Shown: positions 1 to 9,946, counted from the first letter of the stretch. The stretch is 64,000 bases of DNA from an uncultured Actinomycetota bacterium (GCA_963740865.1 CAVUGH010000009.1:62003-126002); one strand, 5' to 3'. The notes: generated from the sequence alone by a model not told the origin. Translations and numbers: made by a program.

Positions 1-1411
1 CAGCCAAGGTGCTTTCGCGGTCGCCTCGACCAAGCCCGTCGACACCGCCACGGGCTCATCCACGAACCCGGTGCGCAGCTCCTCCCTGCTGTGCCCGGGG
101 CCGGAGTTCAAGGGTGTCAAAGGCGTCGACGACCTCGACGTCGGCGTCCGGGTGGCCGCCGCGGCAGCACCCGTTCGCGCGCTGACCGGGACTGCCCCCG
201 CGACCGCGCCGGGTGAGGTCGGCCTGAGCCGTATGCCGCGCGGCAGCCTCGGCCCGCCGGTCACCGCGCGCGGTGTCACCCTGCTCGCCGACCAGAATCG
301 CGCCGAGGGGGTGCTCGTCTCGGCCTCCGAGTCGATGGCTGCCGGTGTCGCCGCGGCGCAGAGCTGGCTGGTGCCCTCGGGTGACCGGCGATCCCTGGGT
401 GGAGCCGCCTGCGCGCAGCCCGGTGCCGAGTTCTGGATCATGGCGGGTGGGGGAGCCCCCGGTCGTCAGGAGCGACTCGTCCTGACCAACCCCGGCGGCA
501 ACCCCGTCACCGCCGATGTCACGCTGCACGGCGCGAAGGGGGCGGTCTCGTCCCCCAACGGCCAGGGCATCCTCGTGCCGGCACACGGTCGCACGGCGTT
601 CCTGCTCGACTCGATCAACAGCGACCTCGCCAACCCCGTGGTCCACGTCGTCGCTGACGGTGGCGTCGTCGGCGCGGTCGTCAACGACCTGTGGCTCGAC
701 GGGACCCGCGCCGGTGGTTCCGACGACGCGATGCCGACTGCCGCCCCCTCGCGCGACCAGGTGATCCCCGCGGTTGCGGTAGACGGCCAAGCGGTGCTGC
801 GCGTCGCGGTGCCGGGCAACGACGAAGCCGTGGTCCAGGCCCGGGTGCTCACTGCCCAGGGCCCGCGCGCGCTCCCCGCGGGCGGGGTGATCCGGATCGA
901 CGGCGGCGCCGTGCGCGACATCGACATCTCCGCCCTACCGGTGGGCACCGTCGGGCTCCAGGTGCGCGCCGACGTGCCCATCGTGGCCGCCGCTGTCGTC
1001 ACGCGGACCGCCCCGGGGAAGCCCGGAGACTTTGCGTGGACGTCGTCCACGCCACCGATCACCGGTGTCGCGGGTATGCCGCTGGTGGACCCACCGGGCG
1101 CGCCCACCCCGATCCAGCGGTCGCTGTCCGTGACGTCCTCCGGTGACACTGCCGGCATTGAGGTGGTGACCGTCGACGCGCAGGGGGTGGAGACGTCCCG
1201 CCGCCCGGAGATCGGGGTCGACGCCACCACGGTCCTCGACCTCACCGGCGCGACGTCCGTCTGGGTGCACCGGGTTTCCGGCAACGGCCAGGTGCGAGCC
1301 GGTGTGGTGTCGTGGCTGGACGACGGCCAGGGCCGGCTGATCATGGCCACTCCGCTGCGTGACGCCGCCCTGCGCACCACGACCGTCGGCCTGCGCGAGG
1401 TCGCGCAGTAG
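1..1411 (+). CDS. DUF5719-family secreted protein (5' truncated by window edge)
   Basis: Frame open from position 2; LCPGP, ACAQPGAEFW and LVLTNPG motifs; usual position upstream of metallopeptidase/DUF3499. Confidence 0.75.
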   Translation, partial: SQGAFAVASTKPVDTATGSSTNPVRSSSLLCPGPEFKGVKGVDDLDVGVRVAAAAAPVRALTGTAPATAPGEVGLSRMPRGSLGPPVTARGVTLLADQNRAEGVLVSASESMAAGVAAAQSWLVPSGDRRSLGGAACAQPGAEFWIMAGGGAPGRQERLVLTNPGGNPVTADVTLHGAKGAVSSPNGQGILVPAHGRTAFLLDSINSDLANPVVHVVADGGVVGAVVNDLWLDGTRAGGSDDAMPTAAPSRDQVIPAVAVDGQAVLRVAVPGNDEAVVQARVLTAQGPRALPAGGVIRIDGGAVRDIDISALPVGTVGLQVRADVPIVAAAVVTRTAPGKPGDFAWTSSTPPITGVAGMPLVDPPGAPTPIQRSLSVTSSGDTAGIEVVTVDAQGVETSRRPEIGVDATTVLDLTGATSVWVHRVSGNGQVRAGVVSWLDDGQGRLIMATPLRDAALRTTTVGLREVAQ

Positions 1412-1450
1412 GTACGCGCTGGCCCCAGTTCCGGGGCGGTCCGTGACGCC

Positions 1451-1897
1451 TCAGCTGCCGTCGTCGTACCGCGGGTCGAGATCGCCCGGAGGCAGGTTGA
1501 ACAGTGCAGCCAGCTGCTCGACCACGACGTCCTGGACGATGGCCGTCAGCTCGCGCTGGTTGTCCGCCCGGCTCTCGATCGGCCTGCGGTAGATGACGAT
1601 TCGCGCCGGGGTCTTGCCGTGGGAGGGGAACGCCCGTCCCAAGGGGGCGCCCTCGCGCTCCCACGGTGCCGGGTCGGTCGGGGGGACGTCCTCGACGGCG
1701 AACTCGACCTCCTGGAACCGCGTGCCCAGACGAGACTCCAGGCGCGCCGCGCTGTCCAGGACGAGGTCGTCGAACTGTTGACGCCTGGTGGACATCGCAG
1801 GCACTGCGGGCCACGCCAGTGGGCCCCGCACACCGCGGCCCCGACGGTCCCGTCGCGCCGCCCCGGAGCGCCCTGCCTGCGGGCCGGTCGAAGTCAC
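1451..1897 (-). CDS. Zincin-like metallopeptidase family protein (DUF1025-like)
   Basis: RDRRGRGVRGPL, FDDLV, VEDVP and RIVIYRRPIE motifs; conserved neighbour of DUF3499. Confidence 0.8.
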   Translation of the reverse strand: MTSTGPQAGRSGAARRDRRGRGVRGPLAWPAVPAMSTRRQQFDDLVLDSAARLESRLGTRFQEVEFAVEDVPPTDPAPWEREGAPLGRAFPSHGKTPARIVIYRRPIESRADNQRELTAIVQDVVVEQLAALFNLPPGDLDPRYDDGS

Positions 1898-1957
1898 CCG
1901 ATCAGCCTACGGCGTGCCGAACCGGGGGCTTCGCCCTGCTGGCATAGAGTCCGCGAC

Positions 1958-2353
1958 GTGAGTCTGTCCAGGAGGTGCTCCCGCACTGCGTGCTCGAAGC
2001 CCGCCATTGCGACGCTCACCTACGTCTACGGCGACCAGACGGCTGTCGTCGGACCGCTCGCGACGTTCGCCGAACCGCACACCTACGACCTGTGTGCAAA
2101 CCACGCCGAGGGCCTGACCGCCCCGCGCGGCTGGGAGATCGTGCGTCTCTCGGGCGAGTACGTCGAACCCGAGCCGTCGCACGACGACCTCCTGGCACTG
2201 GCCAACGCCGTGCGTGAGGCAGGCCGGCCCCGGCTCGGCGAGGCGCCCCGGCAGGCGCAGGCCCAGGCGCGGAGCCAACCGGCGGACGAAGACGCCTCCG
2301 GTGCGATCGAGACCGGTCGCCGCGGGCACCTGCGCGTCCTGCGCGACAGCTGA
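1958..2353 (+). CDS. DUF3499 domain protein
   Basis: RRCSRTACSKPAIATLTYVY...YDLCANHA...APRGW...RRGHLRVL; GTG start 7 nt after TAGAGT. Confidence 0.85.
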   Translation: MSLSRRCSRTACSKPAIATLTYVYGDQTAVVGPLATFAEPHTYDLCANHAEGLTAPRGWEIVRLSGEYVEPEPSHDDLLALANAVREAGRPRLGEAPRQAQAQARSQPADEDASGAIETGRRGHLRVLRDS

Positions 2354-2380
2354 CCCCGCTCGCCGAACTCGCCGGCTGGG

Positions 2381-3109
2381 TCAGCCGCGGGTCGCCCTGC
2401 GCAGCACGCGTGGCATGAGCTGGGGGGTGCTGGCCTGGTAGTCCACGTAGTCCGGCAGCGTGGTCGCCAGGATGGCCTCCTCGTGACGCACCCGGTAGAC
2501 CTGCAGACCGAGGATCGTGGCCCACACCGCGAGCCCGGCCCAGCCGGGCATGGCGAGCAGCGTGCCGAGGAGCGCGCAGAGCTCGCCGGTGTACAGCGGG
2601 TGGCGGACATGCGCATACGGTCCGGTCCGCACGACCGCGCGCGCCTGGGCAACCATGCTGAAGCTCCGGTCGAGGAAGCGGATCGACCAGATGGAGAACC
2701 CCAGGCCGGCGATCAGCAGGATGTTGGCGACGACGACGACGGCCAACGACGGCTCGCCGTGGGGAACGAGGGGGATGGCGAACGGCAGCCACGTTGCCGT
2801 GAGGGCGGCGGCGGCGGCGAGCACCGAGGGGTGGGTCGCCTTCGCCCGGGTGCGTCGCATGAAGGCGCTGACCAGCAGCAGGTAGAACGCGATCGACAGC
2901 ACCCGCGCGAGAGTCTCGGCGGCGCGCTGGGCCGACCAGGCGCCATCGTCGACGATGAGGTGCCACAGGGTGGCCGCGTTGAGGAAGGTGAGCCCGACCA
3001 TGATCGGGACGCCGACGAGGCGGCCGAGGTCCATGCGCGTGCCGGCATCGGTCGGCCGCGGAGGGCTGACCTCCGTGCCGTCGGTGGACGAGGCCTGAAG
3101 TGCGGACAT
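2381..3109 (-). CDS. Isoprenylcysteine carboxyl methyltransferase / PEMT-family membrane methyltransferase
   Basis: Several TM segments; TGPYAHVRHPLYTGE and EE..L...PDY motifs. Confidence 0.8.
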   Translation of the reverse strand: MSALQASSTDGTEVSPPRPTDAGTRMDLGRLVGVPIMVGLTFLNAATLWHLIVDDGAWSAQRAAETLARVLSIAFYLLLVSAFMRRTRAKATHPSVLAAAAALTATWLPFAIPLVPHGEPSLAVVVVANILLIAGLGFSIWSIRFLDRSFSMVAQARAVVRTGPYAHVRHPLYTGELCALLGTLLAMPGWAGLAVWATILGLQVYRVRHEEAILATTLPDYVDYQASTPQLMPRVLRRATRG

Positions 3110-3292
3110 GGCTGGCGGTTTCCTCCGGGGTGCGGCTCACCCCGGTCCTGATGGGGACGCGGGGTGCAGGGGTTGCGCTCGAGCGTGCCGCATTTGCCCA
3201 GATGCTCGGTATCGTCCGAACGGTCACGGCAGTCCGGCCAGGGCTCAGAGCCGGGAGGTCCACGGCCCGCCGACCCCGCTAGGGTCTCTGGC

Positions 3293-4735
3293 GTGCCCTC
3301 GCCCGTTCTCGCCGACTTCGTCAAGGCCTATGACGTCCGTGGCCTGGTCCCCGAACAGCTCAACGTCGACGTGGCGTGGGCACTCGGGGCAGCCTTCGCC
3401 CAGACCGTGGTCGGCCCGGAGGGTGCCCCCGGCGTCGTGATCGGCCACGACATGCGGCCGTCCTCACCCGAGCTGTCCCGAGCCTTCGCGGCGGGGGTCA
3501 CGGCGCACGGGCTCGACGCCACGCTGATCGGTCTCTGCAGCACCGACGGGCTCTACTACGCGAGCGGCGCCCTCGACCTCCCGGGCGCGATGTTCACCGC
3601 CTCGCACAACCCAGCCCAGTACAACGGCATCAAGCTGTGTCGCTCCGGCGCCCGTCCGGTGGGCCAGGACTCGGGCCTCGCCGACGTGAGTGCCCTCGCC
3701 CAGCAGCTGCTCGACTCCGGCGTCAGTGCCGGGCCTGACGGGACGACGCGCGGCGAGGTCGTCGAGCGTGACCTCCTGGGCGACTACGCGGAGTTCCTGC
3801 GCGACCTCGTCGACCTGTCCGGCGGCCGTCAGCTCAAGGTCGTCGTCGACGCCGGCAACGGCATGGGTGGCCACACCGTGCCTGCCGTCCTCGGCACCGG
3901 GACCGGCCTGCCGGAGCTGCCGCTCGAGATCGTCCCGCTCTACTTCGAGCTCGACGGCACCTTCCCCAACCACGAGGCCAACCCGCTCGAACCCGAGAAC
4001 CTGCGTGACCTCCAGGCGGCCGTCATCGAGCACGGAGCCGACCTCGGCCTGGCCTTCGACGGTGACGCCGACCGCTGCTTCGTCATCGACGAGCGCGGTG
4101 AGCCGGTGAGCCCCAGCGCAGTCACCGCTCTGGTGGCGACCCGTGAGGTGGCCAAGCAGGTCGCGGCGGGCACTGCTGCCGGCGAGGTCGCCGTCGTCTA
4201 CAACGTCATCTCCTCGGCCGCGGTCCCCGAGATCATCGCCGAGCAGGGCGCTCGTGGGGTGCGCACCCGGGTCGGCCACTCGTTCATCAAGGCCGAGATG
4301 GCCCGTGCGGACGCCGTCTTCGGGGGCGAGCACAGCGCGCACTACTACTTCCGCGACTTCTGGTTCGCCGACACCGGCATGCTCGCGGCGATGCACATCC
4401 TCGCCGCCCTCGGCGAGCAGGGTGAGCCGCTGAGCCGGCTCACCGCGGCATACAGCCGGTATGCCGCGTCCGGCGAGATCAACTCGACCGTCACCGATGC
4501 GGCGGCGGCGACCGCGACGGTGCGCCGCTGGGCGGCCGAGCGGGGCGCCGAGTTCGACGAGCTCGACGGGCTGACGGCGACCCACGCGGGCACCGACGAC
4601 GCCCCGATGTGGTGGCTCAACCTGCGCGCCTCCAACACCGAACCCCTGCTCCGCCTCAATGTCGAGGCAGCTGACCAAGACACGATGACCCAGGTGCGGG
4701 ACGATGTCCTCGCACTGGTGAGAGGAGAACGCTGA
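3293..4735 (+). CDS. manB: Phosphomannomutase/phosphoglucomutase
   Basis: KAYDVRG, TASHNP, FDGDADR, GEHSAH and RASNTEP motifs; start moved to GTG 3293 after TAGGGT. Confidence 0.93.
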   Translation: MPSPVLADFVKAYDVRGLVPEQLNVDVAWALGAAFAQTVVGPEGAPGVVIGHDMRPSSPELSRAFAAGVTAHGLDATLIGLCSTDGLYYASGALDLPGAMFTASHNPAQYNGIKLCRSGARPVGQDSGLADVSALAQQLLDSGVSAGPDGTTRGEVVERDLLGDYAEFLRDLVDLSGGRQLKVVVDAGNGMGGHTVPAVLGTGTGLPELPLEIVPLYFELDGTFPNHEANPLEPENLRDLQAAVIEHGADLGLAFDGDADRCFVIDERGEPVSPSAVTALVATREVAKQVAAGTAAGEVAVVYNVISSAAVPEIIAEQGARGVRTRVGHSFIKAEMARADAVFGGEHSAHYYFRDFWFADTGMLAAMHILAALGEQGEPLSRLTAAYSRYAASGEINSTVTDAAAATATVRRWAAERGAEFDELDGLTATHAGTDDAPMWWLNLRASNTEPLLRLNVEAADQDTMTQVRDDVLALVRGER

Positions 4736-4941
4736 TGTCGCAAGGACCTGGGCAGGACGTCCGGATCGAGCCGTGGCTGCGGGAGATCCTGAGGTGCCCG
4801 GCCTGCCGTTCGGAGCTCACCGACGCCACCGTCGAGGGCAAGGCCGAGCTGCACTGCACCAACGCCGAGTGCCGTCTGCAGTACCGCATCGACGACGGTG
4901 TCCCGGTGCTGCTGGTCGACGAAGCCCGCAAGCCGGTCTGA
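4735..4941 (+). CDS. Trm112 family protein
   Basis: ILRCPAC...C...C...YRIDDGVPVLLVDEA. Confidence 0.9.
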   Translation: MSQGPGQDVRIEPWLREILRCPACRSELTDATVEGKAELHCTNAECRLQYRIDDGVPVLLVDEARKPV

Positions 4942-4966
4942 CGGACTGCCGGGCGGGATCGCGACG

Positions 4967-6163
4967 ATGGCACCCTTCTTCGACGAGGCTCGCATCGACA
5001 GCGACGCTGCCCTGGCATCGCTCGACTCGCGCCAGACGCTGAGGGGGCTGGCCACCGCCGGCGCCCAGGTGCGCGAGGCGCTCGACCTGTCTGCCGAGGG
5101 CGGGATCCAGCGCGTGGGTGGCGGTGAGCGACCGCGGTCGGTCCTCGTGGCCTCGCTCGGGGGGTCGGCCGTCGTGTGCGAGGTCCTCGAGCTCCTGGCC
5201 GAGCCGGGATCGCCGGTCCCGGTCAGCGTGCGGCGCAACCTGCCCCTGCCCGGCTGGGTGGGCCCGCTCGACCTGGTCATCGCCGTCTCCCTGTCGGGAC
5301 GCGCTCCCGGACCCCTCGCCCTCGCTGCCGAAGCGGCCCGCCGCGGGGCAGCGCTGCTCACGGTCGGCGCCGTCGACTCACCGCTGGCCGACGTGGCCGC
5401 CCAGGCCCGGGGTGTCCACATCGGTGTCGGCCGCGGCCGCAGCACCTCCCGCACCGCGTTGTGGTCACTGCTCGCGCCGGTTCTGCTGGGTGCTGGTCAT
5501 CTGGGGATCGTCGACGTCGACGACCGCGTGCTGGCCGAGACCGCCGACCGCCTGGACGAGGTCGCGGAGACCTGTCGTCCGTCGTCGGAGTCCTTCGTCA
5601 ACCCGGCCAAGGTGCTGGCCGCCGACCTCGCCGAAGGCGTGCCGGTCATCCTCGGTGACGGGCCGCTCAACGGGGTGGCTGCAGTCCGGGCCACGTCGAT
5701 GCTCGCCCGCACGGCCCGGGTGCCGGCGACGTCCGGGGAGCTCCCCGACGACGCGGCCCAGGTGGTCGCCTGCTTCGACGGACCGTTCACGGCCGCCTAC
5801 TCCGGTGGCGCGCCCACGTCCCCCGGCGGTGGCCGGGGTGAGAGCGACGACATCTTCACCGACCCCTTCCTCGATGGTCCGGCCGCACCGCGGCTGTCGC
5901 TCCTCATGCTCCGCGACGTCCTGCCCGACCCGATGACTCGCGAGGCCGACGAGGCCCGGTCGCTGGCCGAAGCCGTGACCTCCGCGGCCCGTGAGGTGGG
6001 CGTGCGGGTCAGTGAGGTGACCGCGCAGCCGGGGCACCCGCTGACCCGACTGGCCGGCCAGATCGCGACCACCGACTTCGCCGCCACCTACCTTGCCCTG
6101 GGCCTGGGGCTCGACCCGGCGGTGTCACCGCACGTGGCGGACCTGCGCGGCCGCGCCGGCTGA
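4967..6163 (+). CDS. SIS-domain protein (PGI/PMI- or TobH-like)
   Basis: SLGGSA, PGWVGPLDLVIAVSLSG and NPAK motifs; follows manB-Trm112. Confidence 0.8.
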   Translation: MAPFFDEARIDSDAALASLDSRQTLRGLATAGAQVREALDLSAEGGIQRVGGGERPRSVLVASLGGSAVVCEVLELLAEPGSPVPVSVRRNLPLPGWVGPLDLVIAVSLSGRAPGPLALAAEAARRGAALLTVGAVDSPLADVAAQARGVHIGVGRGRSTSRTALWSLLAPVLLGAGHLGIVDVDDRVLAETADRLDEVAETCRPSSESFVNPAKVLAADLAEGVPVILGDGPLNGVAAVRATSMLARTARVPATSGELPDDAAQVVACFDGPFTAAYSGGAPTSPGGGRGESDDIFTDPFLDGPAAPRLSLLMLRDVLPDPMTREADEARSLAEAVTSAAREVGVRVSEVTAQPGHPLTRLAGQIATTDFAATYLALGLGLDPAVSPHVADLRGRAG

Positions 6164-6192
6164 CCCCGACCGCTCGCCCGCCCGCCCGCAGG

Positions 6193-6903
6193 TCAGGGGC
6201 GCACGGACCGGATCAGCGCGACGACATCGCCGACCACCCCACGCATGCCGGGCAGCCGGCTCAGTCGGACGAGCTTGTCGACGAGCGGCACGACCTGACG
6301 CACGAGGGCGCGGGTGCGCCTCTGGTCGGTGCTCGAGTCGTGCACCCAGAAGAGCACGACGCCCATCTGCAGCAGCCACAGCAGCTCGGGCAGCTCCGCG
6401 CGGATGGCTGCCGGCACCTTGAGGTCGGACCCGTCCACGACCTGGCGGAACAGCCCGATGCTGGCCTCGCGGGCGCCGCGGGACTCGCTGCTGAAGGGTG
6501 ACAGGGGGCTGGTCGGCTCGGCCGCGATCTTGAAGAACTTCCCGGCGAACCCGTGGAACGGCTCGGCCACGTCCACCCAGCTGGTCAGCACCTCGCGCAG
6601 CCGGTCGCCGAAGCTGTCGCTGCTTGCCAGGGACTGCTCGGCCGCGGCGGCGTGGGCGACCTGGACCTGGTCGTAGAACGCCTGGACCAGGTGCTCCTTG
6701 GATGCGAAGTAGTAGTAGGCGTTGCCGATGCTGACGCCGGCCCGGTCGGCGACGGCCCGCATCGTCGTCTTGTCGTAGCCGCGCTCGAGGAAGAGCTCCT
6801 GGGCGGCGGCAGCGATGGCGGTCCGGGTCTGCTCACCGCGGTCGGACCGGCTGGCAGGGTCAGACCGGTTGGCAGAGTCCGTCACAGTCGTCAGCGTAAC
6901 CAT
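6193..6903 (-). CDS. TetR/AcrR family transcriptional regulator
   Basis: GYDKTTMRAVADRAGVSIGNAYYYFASKE HTH; true start may be GTG 6885. Confidence 0.92.
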   Translation of the reverse strand: MVTLTTVTDSANRSDPASRSDRGEQTRTAIAAAAQELFLERGYDKTTMRAVADRAGVSIGNAYYYFASKEHLVQAFYDQVQVAHAAAAEQSLASSDSFGDRLREVLTSWVDVAEPFHGFAGKFFKIAAEPTSPLSPFSSESRGAREASIGLFRQVVDGSDLKVPAAIRAELPELLWLLQMGVVLFWVHDSSTDQRRTRALVRQVVPLVDKLVRLSRLPGMRGVVGDVVALIRSVRP

Positions 6904-7276
6904 TGCCTCTCACCGCCTCGGGCACGCGCGTGGTCGTGAGGGAGGCGCGCAGTCCGGCCGCGGCATACGCCATCGCCCTGGCGACGGGAAGGCCGCGCGG
7001 GGTGGACAGGCGGACCGCGAGGGTGCGGTGCTCGGCCGTCGCCCACAGGCACACGACCCAGGCGTGGGCTCCGGTCCAGACCTCGCCCCCGTCGCCCACC
7101 ACGGTGATCTCCCGGAGCGTCGCCGCGTGGTCGAGGTGCGGCAGGAGGGCTCGGGCTTCCGCCGTTCCCGCCGGGACGGCGGTCACCGTCACGAGGTGTG
7201 GCTGGTCGACCAGCCAGGTGCGAAAGCGCGAGCACATCGGGCAGCCCGCGTCGTAGAGGACGACCAGCCGGTTCAC
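6860..7276 (-). CDS. DCC1-like thiol-disulfide oxidoreductase
   Basis: VLYDAGCPMC (DxxCxxC) at the N-terminus; GTG start overlaps the upstream stop. Confidence 0.85.
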   Translation of the reverse strand: MNRLVVLYDAGCPMCSRFRTWLVDQPHLVTVTAVPAGTAEARALLPHLDHAATLREITVVGDGGEVWTGAHAWVVCLWATAEHRTLAVRLSTPRGLPVARAMAYAAAGLRASLTTTRVPEAVRGNGYADDCDGLCQPV

Positions 7277-7713
7277 GTCGCTGCCCCGGACGGGCCGGCA
7301 GTCCCGAGCGCACTGGCGGCCCCGGGCGGACTGGAAGCGAGGGCGACCATGACGGCCACACCGAGCCCCGCGACGGCCGGCATCAGGAACAGGCCGATGC
7401 TGAGCAGGCTGAGGACGGTCAGGACGCCGAGCAGGGCCACGACCACCGCGGCGACCACCTGCGCCGGCCGACCACCCGGCCCGAGCAGCAGGGCACCGAC
7501 CACGACACAGGCGCCGAGCGGGATGCTCGCGAGGACCAGCCCCCACCACCCGTTGACGTCGACGAGGGTGGCCGTGGTCGAGCTGTTGGTGACAGTCCCG
7601 GTCGAGTCCGTTCCCGCCGAGTCGCCCGAGTAGGCGGGGAGCGTGAGTGCCGCCACCACCAGCGCCACGCTCCACACGGTGGCGCCGACGAGCGCGATCC
7701 GCACCGTCTTCAC
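7273..7713 (-). CDS. Membrane protein, hypothetical
   Basis: Four hydrophobic segments and ATLVDVNG; lies within the operon. Confidence 0.7.
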   Translation of the reverse strand: MKTVRIALVGATVWSVALVVAALTLPAYSGDSAGTDSTGTVTNSSTTATLVDVNGWWGLVLASIPLGACVVVGALLLGPGGRPAQVVAAVVVALLGVLTVLSLLSIGLFLMPAVAGLGVAVMVALASSPPGAASALGTAGPSGAAT

Positions 7714-7718
7714 GGCTG

Positions 7719-8132
7719 TCAGCCGATCGGGGCGGGGAACGGCTGGGTGTACGCCTGCGGCGGCACCGGGGGAGCGGTCATCGCGTCGAGGCGGCCCCGG
7801 CGGCGGATCCTGGTGAAGACGTAGACGTTGGTGAGGTGCACGACGCCGAGCATCAGCAGGACGACGCCCATCTTGACGCTGAGCACCTCGACGACGGCTC
7901 GGGCGTTCGCGACGGTGTCGCCGACGCGCAGGTAGAGCGCGACCACGCCGAGGTTCAGCAGGTAGAACCCGACGACGAGCAGCTTGTTGACCGCCTCGGC
8001 GAGCTCGTCGTTGCCGTCGAAGACGTCGACGAGGAAGACCCGGCCGTTGCGCGACAGCGTCGACCCGACCCAGATGGTGAGGGGGATGGCGATGAGCAGG
8101 TACAGGACGTAGGCGATGACTGCGTGGTCCAC
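7719..8132 (-). CDS. Conserved integral membrane protein
   Basis: RNGRVFLVDVF...AVNKLLVVGFYLLNLG; GGAG SD upstream. Confidence 0.8.
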   Translation of the reverse strand: MDHAVIAYVLYLLIAIPLTIWVGSTLSRNGRVFLVDVFDGNDELAEAVNKLLVVGFYLLNLGVVALYLRVGDTVANARAVVEVLSVKMGVVLLMLGVVHLTNVYVFTRIRRRGRLDAMTAPPVPPQAYTQPFPAPIG

Positions 8133-8143
8133 GAGAGGCTCCT

Positions 8144-8200
8144 TTGAACGTGTTCAAGTTGATGGACCTGACCGTAGCAGACGGAATTGAACATGTTCAA
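8144..8200 (-). promoter_or_regulatory. Promoter (-35 TTGAAC, 18 nt, -10 TACGGT) overlapped by two palindromic TetR-type operators
   Basis: TTGAACATGTTCAA 8187-8200 (perfect palindrome) and TTGAACGTGTTCAA 8144-8157. Confidence 0.8.
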
Positions 8201-8268
8201 GTAGGTGGTTCCGCCGACCGACACGAAGGCCCCAGCCCGCGCCTACCACTCAGGGCAGCGGCAGCGCC

Positions 8269-8796
8269 TCAGAGCGAGAGCGCCAGCACCTCGGCGGTGG
8301 CCAGCCCGGCCAGCTCCGCCGCCGGGACGAGCAGCTTGCTGCCCCGGATGCCGCTCCCGATGACGACGTCTCCGGCCGCGAGGACGGCTTCGTCGACGAG
8401 CACCGGCCAGTCCGCAGGCAGCCCGATCGGGGTGATCCCGCCGAACTCCATCCCGGTCAGCTCGACCGCCTGGTCCATGGGCGCGAAGCTGATCTTGCGG
8501 ACGTCGAGGTGGCGGCGGACGGCGCCGTTGATGTCGGCGCGCATCGAGGCCAGCACCAGCACTGCGGCATACCGCACCTCGCCACCGCGCTTGCCGGCGA
8601 CGACCACGCAGTTGGCCGAGCTCTCCATCGCCACGTCGTAGGCCGCGCAGAACGCCGCCGTGTCGGCGAGCTCGGCGTCGATCGGTGCCACCCTGGCCGA
8701 CGGGGTCGTGGTGATCGCCCGCGCCACGGGAGCAGCCAACAGCTCGGTATGCCGCGTGGCCGGCTCCCAGGTCAGGTTTCCTTCAGCGCTGGTCAT
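8269..8796 (-). CDS. YbaK/EbsC (aminoacyl-tRNA deacylase-like) protein
   Basis: DTAAFCAAY...SANCVVV...GMEFGGITPIGLP...IGSGIRGSKL. Confidence 0.88.
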   Translation of the reverse strand: MTSAEGNLTWEPATRHTELLAAPVARAITTTPSARVAPIDAELADTAAFCAAYDVAMESSANCVVVAGKRGGEVRYAAVLVLASMRADINGAVRRHLDVRKISFAPMDQAVELTGMEFGGITPIGLPADWPVLVDEAVLAAGDVVIGSGIRGSKLLVPAAELAGLATAEVLALSL

Positions 8797-8835
8797 GTCG
8801 CCGACGGTAGCGCCCGCCCCGATACGCTGTCCGCC

Positions 8836-9885
8836 ATGTCTACCGAGGGTGGGACCAAGGCCGTCGTGGCGGCGCTGCTGGCAAACCTGGGGATCGCGAT
8901 CACGAAGTTCATCGCGTTCTTCCTGACCGGCTTCAGCTCGATGCTGGCCGAGGCGATCCACTCGCTGGCCGACTCCGGAAACCAGGTGCTGCTGCTCCTG
9001 GGTGGCCGCAAGGCCAAGCGGGCGGCGACGCCGGAGCACCCGTTCGGCTACGGCCGCGAGCGTTATGTCTACGCCTTCATCGTGTCGATCGTGCTGTTCA
9101 GCATCGGTGGCCTCTTCGCGCTCTACGAGGCGTACCACAAGTGGCACGAGACCCATGCCATGCACGACTTCGACCCGTTCAGCGACGAGCACGGTGGCAG
9201 CGCCCGGTGGTGGTGGGTGCCAGTCGTGGTGCTGGCGGTTGCGATCGTCCTCGAGTCGTTCTCGTTCCGCACCGCAATCCTGGAGTCCAACAAGGTCCGC
9301 GGTCGCCGCAAGTGGCTCGAGTTCGTCCGCGGCGCCAAGGCCCCCGAGCTCCCGGTGATCCTGCTGGAGGACCTCGCAGCCCTCTTCGGCCTCGTCTTCG
9401 CCTTCCTCGGCGTGGGGCTGATGCTGGTCACCAAGAACCCGCTCTTCGACGTGATCGGCACCGGCCTGATCGGTCTGCTCCTCGTCTCGGTCGCGATCTT
9501 CCTCGCCATCGAGATGAAGTCGCTGCTGCTGGGCGAGTCCGCCTCGCCCGAGCACATCGGCCGGATCGTGGCAGCCATCGAGTCGGTCGACGGCATCGAC
9601 CGCGTCATCCACCAGCGCACCCTGCACGTGGGACCTGAGGAGGTCGTCGTCGCCGCCAAGGTCGCCGTCCCGGCGGGCACGACCGTCGAGGACATCGCCG
9701 ACGCGATCAACGCAGCGGAGGTCAAGGCGCGCGAGGCCGCGCCGGACCTCACCCTGCTGATGTACCTCGAGCCGGACATCGACACCGGCACGCAGGAGCG
9801 CCCGGCCTGGCAGCACAGCGAGGCCACCCTCACCGACGCAGCCGACGACCCGCTGCCGACGAGCGGCGGAGCGCACGAGGGCTGA
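8836..9885 (+). CDS. Cation diffusion facilitator family transporter
   Basis: MLAEAIHSLADSGNQ, HPFGYGRERY and LLEDLAAL motifs. Confidence 0.92.
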   Translation: MSTEGGTKAVVAALLANLGIAITKFIAFFLTGFSSMLAEAIHSLADSGNQVLLLLGGRKAKRAATPEHPFGYGRERYVYAFIVSIVLFSIGGLFALYEAYHKWHETHAMHDFDPFSDEHGGSARWWWVPVVVLAVAIVLESFSFRTAILESNKVRGRRKWLEFVRGAKAPELPVILLEDLAALFGLVFAFLGVGLMLVTKNPLFDVIGTGLIGLLLVSVAIFLAIEMKSLLLGESASPEHIGRIVAAIESVDGIDRVIHQRTLHVGPEEVVVAAKVAVPAGTTVEDIADAINAAEVKAREAAPDLTLLMYLEPDIDTGTQERPAWQHSEATLTDAADDPLPTSGGAHEG

Positions 9886-9886
9886 C

Positions 9887-9946
9887 GCTCACCCGGGTTC
9901 AGGCTCGTCCGGGCTCAGGCTCGCCCGGACTGAAGCTCACTCGGAC
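9887..9946. repeat. Degenerate 16-bp tandem repeat (~3.7 copies) between convergent genes
   Basis: gctcacccgggttcag / gctcgtccgggctcag / gctcgcccggactgaa / gctcactcggac. Confidence 0.6.

Noticed and set aside
6841-6876. 18-bp imperfect duplication at the TetR N-terminus
   Set aside because: Only two copies, encoding a low-complexity linker; no sign of a separate function
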